64,000 bases of DNA from NCBI GenBank assembly GCA_951406725.2, contig OX597819.1, forward strand, positions 118,916,001-118,980,000. The letters run 5' to 3'. Within the stretch, counting starts at the first letter, position 1. Every line of letters starts with the position of its first letter. Positions 55,790 through 64,000 of the stretch are shown in pieces. The notes beneath the pieces are model-generated. The model was not told the origin of the DNA, made no database searches, and worked only from the letters and a program-made list of their open reading frames with translations. A program made the position numbers and the translations under genes. The DNA is from Octopus vulgaris. Lineage: Eukaryota.

Positions 55790-56030
55790 TCACATAATCG
55801 CGTGAACGACCGTGCTATTTGATTTTGTTTTACATGCCTGGTCACAATGCGTTTTTGCATTGTTTTAGCTTTCAAATGACACCACACAGCTGACGAGGTG
55901 AGCAGGCCAACAAGCACCCCTGATAGAATGAGGGACTGCAGCAACGTGAAAGAAACGGTTTTGCTCAAGAACACAACGTGCCTCTCAGTCAGTGCATAAA
56001 ACCCTCGATCTAGTGATCGTAATTGCAATA
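55790..56030 (-). mobile_element. degenerate SINE (family D head plus the tail repeat also seen at 32303)
   Basis: TTTTGCTCAAGAACACAACG matches the reverse complement of about 5205-5228; tail shared with 32303-32422. Confidence 0.55.
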
Positions 56031-56239
56031 TGTGTTTCGGTGTATGTGTGTTTGTGTATGTGTGTGTGTGCGTATGTTCCTTATGCATTCCAAAACTGGG
56101 TTGCCGATTTTCCCCGTTTACAATAAAATGGTGAAATAGGTCAGATGATCCCAAATTCTTTGTAAACTAAATATATTTCTTTCTGTGTATATATAGATAC
56201 TTCCAAACAAACATGATTTTCAATGAAATCCTAATAGGT

Positions 56240-56460
56240 TTTATGAACTTGTTATTAATTTCTCAAAAATTTTTTTGTGTAAACTGTTTTTAACATTTTC
56301 TTATCATCAAAGAATGTATATGTGTATTTTAATTTTTTGTGCCCAATATTTTAATGAACTTTTTTTATATTTTCCCAAGATTTTTCCTTGTAAGCTGTTT
56401 GTAACATGTTCTTATTATTATCCAAGAATGTATATATGTATTGTAATATTTTGTGACAAC
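56240..56460. repeat. diverged tandem duplication, unit about 111 bp
   Basis: ATGAACTT..CTGTTT.TAACAT.TTCTTAT.AT..AAGAATGTATAT.TGTATT occurs twice. Confidence 0.75.
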
Positions 56461-56615
56461 CAGTACCTAATACGACAAAGCTTTTACATTATACTTTTGA
56501 TAATCTTTTTATAAAAAAGTGAAACCGGTCAAGTGAAAAAACATCTTTTAAAATTGCATTTTCAAACCTTCTTTCATACATAATTCCACTCGTGCGGTAC
56601 CTTACAACTTCACTT

Positions 56616-56678
<63 letters not shown>

Positions 56679-56684
56679 TTTATA

Positions 56685-57146
56685 TCACTTTGATAAGTAT
56701 GTTCTTCGACACTTTTAAAATATCACTTTATTAACAATTAAAAAACAACAAAGAATAATCAATCGAAAAGGTAATCACCATCGCAGTCGATCACCTTTGT
56801 CCATCCTTCAGGCAAATTTTTGAAACCTTTCATCCAGAAATCACGTGGCTTTGAATGAATAAAATCGGAAAGGAACGATTTTACATCTTCTTCGTTTTCG
56901 AACTTTGTATGGCCAATCGTGCGTTGCAAGGCAGGGAATTAGATGGTAGTCAAAAGGGGCAAGTGGATGTAGCATAATCTCCCAGCCCGCGTCCTTCAGC
57001 TTCTCTGACGTTTTGTTTGCACGATCTTCTGGCGCGTTGTCTTGGTGGTAAATTGGTCGTACAAATGTTATATTGGATTTGAGATGATCAAATATTTCAT
57101 CAGACCAATGACTGTATATTTTCAGATGTTGAGATACCCATTTCAT
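56685..57146 (-). mobile_element. mariner transposase 3' remnant
   Basis: YHQDNAPEDRANKTSEKLKDAGWEIMLHP-LAPFDYHL (HDNA and LAPxDY motifs). Confidence 0.85.
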
Positions 57147-57457
57147 CAGGCAAAACTTGGTTGGTTAATTTAAAATTATGAAATATTGCATCTGAACTAA
57201 TCTAATTTATTTTAAAGGGTGGTAAATGTAAATGAAATACATGCAAACACGTCATTAATTGGATTATCCATTACTGCATGAGCTAAGAGAAACCAAAAAA
57301 TCTTTCTCATCTTGAAAACTGAACGTGATGTCAAAAACTAATTATATATTTGAAATTATCATAAAAAACTACATTATATCCACCTTGACATATGCATAGT
57401 GACTGTTTTTGATTTGAATTGTATTCTCCCGCCACATGGGTCATCTCAAAAATTATA

Positions 57458-57708
57458 CACCTTGGGCAAGTGTCTCCTACTCTAGCCTCGGGCCGACTAA
57501 AACCTTGTAAGTGGATTTGGTAGACGGAAACTGAAAGAAGCCCGTCGTATATATGTATATATCATTAGCGATATAGGTACACATGTAGTACCCTTGTGTA
57601 TATATGCACATATCTATTATTCTAATATTGTATGTATATATTTTATTAATTTGCCTGAACGGCTGATAAATCGCTTACCACTTGTGATGGTATTTCAATA
57701 ATGCTATC

Positions 57709-57768
<60 letters not shown>

Positions 57769-57998
57769 TGTGTATGTATATGTTTGTGCGTCTGTGTTTG
57801 TCACCCTAACATCGTTTGATATCCGATGCTGGTGTGTTTACGTCCCCGTAACTTAGCGGTTCGGCAAAAGTGACCGATAGAATAAGTACTACGCTTCCAA
57901 AGAATAAGACCTGGCGTCGATTTGCTCGACATAAGGCGGTGCTCCACCATGGCCCCAGTCAAATAACTGAAACAAGTAAAAGAGAATGTAAAGAGTAT
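57458..57998 (+). mobile_element. SINE family A, head truncated, with an insert of about 150 bp in its internal (TA)n
   Basis: CACCTTGGGCAAGTGTC...AAGCCCGTCGTATA, unrelated sequence at 57563-57712, then a normal 3' half. Confidence 0.88.
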
Positions 57999-58247
57999 AC
58001 GAGTTCTCCTTAGAAAATCATTTTAACTAGTGATCTAGGAATTTAAGAGAAACCATTAACAAATTTTAACATATATTTTGATATTAATTACATAGTATTG
58101 CCGTCTCCGTAACAACACATAGTAATGCTATTATATTCAGTTTCTTCGAAACTGTAAATTCAAGTTATTACCAGATTTCACTTGTTTAACTGTATAAAAA
58201 CAGTGAATGTGCGTGTTTAGTGGATGTGTATGTATTTGCATTTATAT

Positions 58248-58472
58248 ATACTCTTTTTACTCTCTTTTACTTGTTTCAGGCATTTGACTGCGGCCATGCT
58301 GGAGCACCGCCTTTAATCGTGCAACTCGATCCCGGCACTTATTCATTTGTAAGCCCAGTACTTATTCTATCGGTCTCTTTTGCCGAACCGCTAAGTAACG
58401 GGGACATAAACACACCAGCATCGGTTGTCAAGCAATGCTAGGGGGACACATACAGACACAGAAACATACACG

Positions 58473-58542
<70 letters not shown>

Positions 58543-58702
58543 TACGACGGGCTTCTTTCAGTTTCCGTCTACCAAATCCACTCACAAGGCTTTGGTCGGC
58601 CCGAGGCTATAGTAGAAGACACTTGCCCAAGATGCCACGCAGTGGGCCTGAAACCGGAACCATGTGGCTGGTAAACAAGCTACTTACCACACAGCCACGC
58701 CT
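58248..58702 (-). mobile_element. SINE family A
   Basis: reverse-complement match, well preserved. Confidence 0.93.
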
Positions 58703-59204
58703 GTTCACTATGCCTCATATATCTTGTATATAAGGGCATTTTTTTCTTTTATATTTTTGCTTTTTGACGACTACTCCCGATTACATATGAAGCATTGGAA
58801 CACTTTAGACATTGGCAATAAGATGAGAAAGGATTTACGATGCGGCTTGTCCGTTTCATAATATTCAATAAACGGCAATGACACCAGGAAAGGAACGTGA
58901 ACAAATATTTTAGTAATAATTATTAACATGATCCCCGGTTATACAATTACATAAAAGATATGAATTAAAGAAAATCGATTTTGGAGGTTCACTAGTTCTC
59001 ATAGTGCTCTGATATTTTCATTATTCACAGAACTTGGTTTACTGGAGAGCGTGTGATTAAATCATAAATTTCATAAGCAGCAACAATGGAGCAGCACTAA
59101 ATTTTAATACAATCTCCCAATGCATATGCTTTGATTGAGAATTTTAATGCTTTAATTTTAGTATATAAACAGTTCCTGATTATTTGAAGTTGTGCATACA
59201 CAAA

Positions 59205-59210
59205 AATGCA

Positions 59211-59258
<48 letters not shown>

Positions 59259-59312
59259 TATATATAGATGGATAGATAGATTGATATATAGATACATACA
59301 TACATATATACG

Positions 59313-59346
<34 letters not shown>

Positions 59347-59373
59347 TATACACATATATATATACATATATAC

Positions 59374-59455
<82 letters not shown>

Positions 59456-59533
59456 AGTCCGTGACTATGTACACATACACATAATTATGTAAGTATAGAT
59501 ATCTATGTATCTATTAATATGTATATATGTTTG

Positions 59534-59566
<33 letters not shown>

Positions 59567-59615
59567 TTATGTGTGTTTGTGTGTATGTATGTGTGTGTGT
59601 ATATATATATATACA
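59205..59615. repeat. (TA)n/(TG)n microsatellite complex
   Basis: directly visible. Confidence 0.95.
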
Positions 59616-60084
59616 TCCCTCTTCACATCACCCTGTCCCTCTCTTGTAAAACATAAACTATGCAACCCTCCCTCACTTTGTCAGTGTATATACGGAGTGT
59701 GTGTGAGAGACGGTGAGAGAGAAAGTGGGGAGAGAAAGGGAGAAATGCAAATGTAATTTGTCTGTGATATGCTACTTGAAATGTATTTTCAATCGCACTT
59801 ACAAAGCATGATTGTGCATGTGTAGAATATAAAGCAAATATAACAACACGCGCGCCCACAAGCACACACACACGCACGCACACATACAAATACAAACACT
59901 AAAACGTACGCACACACATACACAGGTATAGACATATTTATACTTGCATTTATTTATACTTATCCACGAGGACATCTTATATAAATAAATCATAACTGGC
60001 ATGTATGTTGTCACCACTCATTCCCAACGTATAAACATACATGCATACATACATTTACGTGCAAACGCACGTTTCTTCAATAAT

Positions 60085-60390
60085 TGTATGTATATAAGCA
60101 TATATGTATGTACACGCACATATATACATGCATATATATATATGTATATATGATTACATACAAAGATCCATCCATATATACGCATGTATGTATATAAGCA
60201 TGCATAATGCACACGCACATATATACATGCATATATATATACGTATTTATGATTACATACAAACATCCATCCATATATGTGCATGTATGTATATAAGAAT
60301 GAATGTATGCACACACATATATACATGTATATATATATATATGTATATATGATTACATACAAACATCCATCCATATATACGCATGTTCAT
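60085..60390. repeat. minisatellite, 3 units of about 100 bp built from microsatellite-like sequence
   Basis: GATTACATACAAA.ATCCATCCATATAT recurs at 60152, 60251 and 60351. Confidence 0.85.
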
Positions 60391-60969
60391 GTGTATGTGT
60401 ATATAAGTGTTCGCAATTGTCTCTCTGTGGATCACATGCCTATATTCACTGATATTGATTAAAAAGCGATCCTTTATGTCATAATGTTTGTTGAAATAAA
60501 GAAATTATAAAATACCTCTGAATATGTACATGTATATTTTACTGCATTGATATTCTGTGTGTATACACATAGCCATTAATGCTCCAAGGTTTATAATCTT
60601 TATGGGTATAACTTTTATTTATATGACTATCACTATCGTGTATGAAAATACTCACAAAAGAGAAAAAGGAAAGAATAATGTATTACTTTGCAATGTATTC
60701 GAGAAAACGAAGGTTTAGTATGAGATGTATTATACGAAATACATAAAAATAATTACAAATATTTGCATGCATATTAACACAAACATGTGTACATGTAAAG
60801 ATGAATTTATAGAAATGCACACGCTTTTAAGGTGTGTACGTATCTGTGAGCATGAACGCATAATACATGTCTTGAGTGATTCACACTTTTTACATACATA
60901 CACACGCGTACAAACGTGCATAAACACACACAAAACATATTTTTTACGTACGCTTATATATTTACGCGT

Positions 60970-60997
60970 GTTATATATACATATATATATATATGTA

Positions 60998-61036
<39 letters not shown>

Positions 61037-61044
61037 AAATAATA

Positions 61045-61133
<89 letters not shown>

Positions 61134-61232
61134 TATATACATATATATTACATAATATATATATATATATATATATAATATATATAAATATATAATAATA
61201 TATATATAATATATATATATATATACATACGC

Positions 61233-61282
<50 letters not shown>
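60970..61282. repeat. (TA)n microsatellite complex
   Basis: directly visible. Confidence 0.95.
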
Positions 61283-61283
<1 letters not shown>

Positions 61284-61864
61284 CATACACGATACGCATA
61301 TATACAGAGAAAGAGAGATGGGTTGACAAACAGATAGGTAGATAAATAAATATATAGACACATGATTAATACATACTTTTAAAACGTACGTACGAATTGG
61401 TGCGTGTAGAAGCATCATACATGACCTGAGGGAGTCACACTTTTAACATACATACACACATATCTGCACACACATACACACGCACACACGTGTGTGTGTA
61501 TAAAGAAACGACAGAGAGAGATGGATAAATAAATAGATAAACAGATAATTATTACATATGCATAAATATATATATACACACACACACACGTGCACAAACA
61601 CACACACACACAAACATATATACACACATTAACATATATTTTAGGCAGAAAAGATGGGAAGACAGAGACCTAAAGATGGAACGTGAAACATGATATATAT
61701 ATATATGTGCGTGTGTGTGTGTGTTTTCCCTTGCACGGATATTCATTCCTTTACAATCCTTCTTTGAAATATACGTTTATTATCTATCCTTTCATCTCTT
61801 TATCAGTCTATTGATCTATCACTCACTCTGTTCTGTATGTTGTTCCTCTCAACTAGAATATCTG

Positions 61865-61929
<65 letters not shown>

Positions 61930-62056
61930 ACAAATGCGTATCTCTATCGCATAAATATATACATAACGGGGAAATAGTTCATACACACAAACACACATTC
62001 ATATATAGACATACACACACAGACACACGTACACACATATAGATATATATGTAATG

Positions 62057-62099
<43 letters not shown>

Positions 62100-62480
62100 T
62101 ATTTGGAATATTCAAATAATTATAAAGCATACAGCAACATGCTGCCTTAATTTCCTTTTCATATGCTAATACAATAGGATTTTTGTTCTTCTCTCGACCA
62201 TTCATGGTCGTATACAAAAACATAAATATATATTGATACATGAGTGTGTGAGGGTGGGTGTTTCTCATTAAACACAAGTTCACACTTTCATAGGATTATA
62301 TATACATTTGGTTAAACAGAAAATTTTTATACCGACTTCGATTTACTCTTTTCACGGAAAACTTGTGTGCGGCTGCCAACGCTTCCTAAATTATCTCCAA
62401 CGAGTCTCCACCAAAATTAATATAACCTGATATCCCTTATTTACAGCCTCAACAAATTCCTGGTTTTCAACCTACACGAA

Positions 62481-62909
62481 GGATCTTTTCGGCTTGAACG
62501 GCAGTTTTTTCTAGCGGTGTCATATGAAATTGTCACCCTAGTATCGATCTATTGCATTTCAATCTGTTTTAGGTGTAGGGTTAGAGTTAGGGCCAGTTAG
62601 GGTTAGTTAGGGTTAGGGATAGGGATGTGGGAAGGGTATCTTTTTTTCTTCAGAAATGTAAGTAAACCCAATCTGTTTCTTCATACGGCACATAATGTTT
62701 TCACCTCAATAGACGTCATTGATTGGTTGAAATTGCAGACATTGAAGAAAGAACAACAAATATTTTACAAACTATAGAATTTTCTCAATAAAACCAAGAG
62801 AAAAAGATGTTTTATAAACCCATTCTACCAGTATAGGAAGTTTAAACGTGTTTAAGTTTAGTTACGTGGAAATTATTTTTAAAAACGGCCGGTCAAACCG
62901 AAAAGATCC
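62481..62909. mobile_element. MITE / non-autonomous DNA transposon with TIRs of about 29 bp and internal TTAGGG-like repeats
   Basis: GGATCTTTTCGGCTTGAACGGCAGTTTTT versus AAAAACGGCCGGTCAAACCGAAAAGATCC; imperfect flanking duplication TACACGAA / CAAACGAA. Confidence 0.8.
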
Positions 62910-64000
62910 CAAACGAACGTATTCCATGACTCTGCTGCAGTTTTTTGCGACTGGACCTATATTTTTTATGTTGCTACATTAATTTCACACTGGTATGTTT
63001 AGGAATTGCCTGCCAACGAGGGTGCTACTATATTTCCAAGTATATTTATATAAATATATGATGGGTATGTGCGCAGTGTATTAGTGCGATTATTACATAG
63101 AATTGTTTAGAATGCATCAACAGACCAATTTTCTAGCCCTCAACTCTAGCCAGCTGTAACAACTGCGATTTAAAAAGGTTATAAAAGTGTTGTTACATTT
63201 TTAAAAATTTCCGTATTCTTTCTCCCTCCTAGAATTTGGAGAGATTTCGATAGATTTACTAATATGTTAATACTATACAGTATTCAAATAGTACAGATAT
63301 ATGGAATGGGAATCAACGGAGTGAGTTGTTAACTATAAATATTCCTCTGTATCAAACGATAGCTTGGATGTCACATTTGTAACTTCTGTCTTGTTTGATG
63401 ACATTTGTATATCATATTAGAGTGAAGATTGGGTTTAGATAATTAGAAAAAATACAAACAGCGTTAAATTACCGAAAACGAAAAGCGCTTTATGTGGGAC
63501 ATAAGCAGACATCAAAGAGAATATTCTGGTATAAATCCCTGCCATTTTACGTCCCTATGACAGAGAAATGTTGTCTTTCATAGACCAAAATCTCATAGCA
63601 ATTTGTGATCAGCACTTTCGTTCGCAGAAAAAGAGAGTCATATTGCCGTAACTTGGATGACATCCACATATGAGGTGTAGCATTCTAAAATTATGGTAGA
63701 GGTATGTTTAGACAAGTTTCTTGTTGTAGGTCAAACACTCCGTCTGTTTCGACGATGAGGGTTCCCGTTGATCTAAACCATGGAACAGCCTGCTCGTGAA
63801 ATTGACATTTTCACACATAGTTTCTTCTACTACTAAGCACTGATCTGTCCAACCACCTAATCTATTTTCCTAAATTCTTCATTCCATACTACTACCCCTC
63901 TCTCTGCCCCATCACTTAGACTATTTCACTGCATAACTGACACCCATTTATTTTTATAGATCTTTCTCTCTCTCTCTCACTCCCATTCCTTCTATCTAAT

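Noticed and set aside
62567-62625. True telomere or chromosome-fusion site
   Set aside because: Only a few degenerate TTAGGG units, enclosed within MITE TIRs

Overview
AT-rich eukaryotic, repeat-dominated DNA (intronic or intergenic); the microsatellite density and SINE families resemble an octopus genome (inference, not verified). No host protein-coding gene can be supported, and almost all listed ORFs are translated microsatellites. The window holds at least 4 tRNA-headed SINE families (about 20 copies), decayed R4/Dong-like, Tx1-like, CR1 and RTE LINEs, a Gypsy integrase remnant, 3 mariner remnants and MITE-like hairpins. The main unannotated signal is a set of Penelope-like elements (PLEs) carrying hammerhead ribozymes. 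One young 2.7-kb element (51321-54061) sits in a (TA)n tract and has about 636-bp near-identical inverted arms, each with an intact hammerhead with a very long stem II, around a GIY-YIG endonuclease frame missed by the ORF track. A second element (30585-32720) has hammerhead-bearing direct repeats around a GIY-YIG remnant. All coordinates were read by eye; element edges are approximate.
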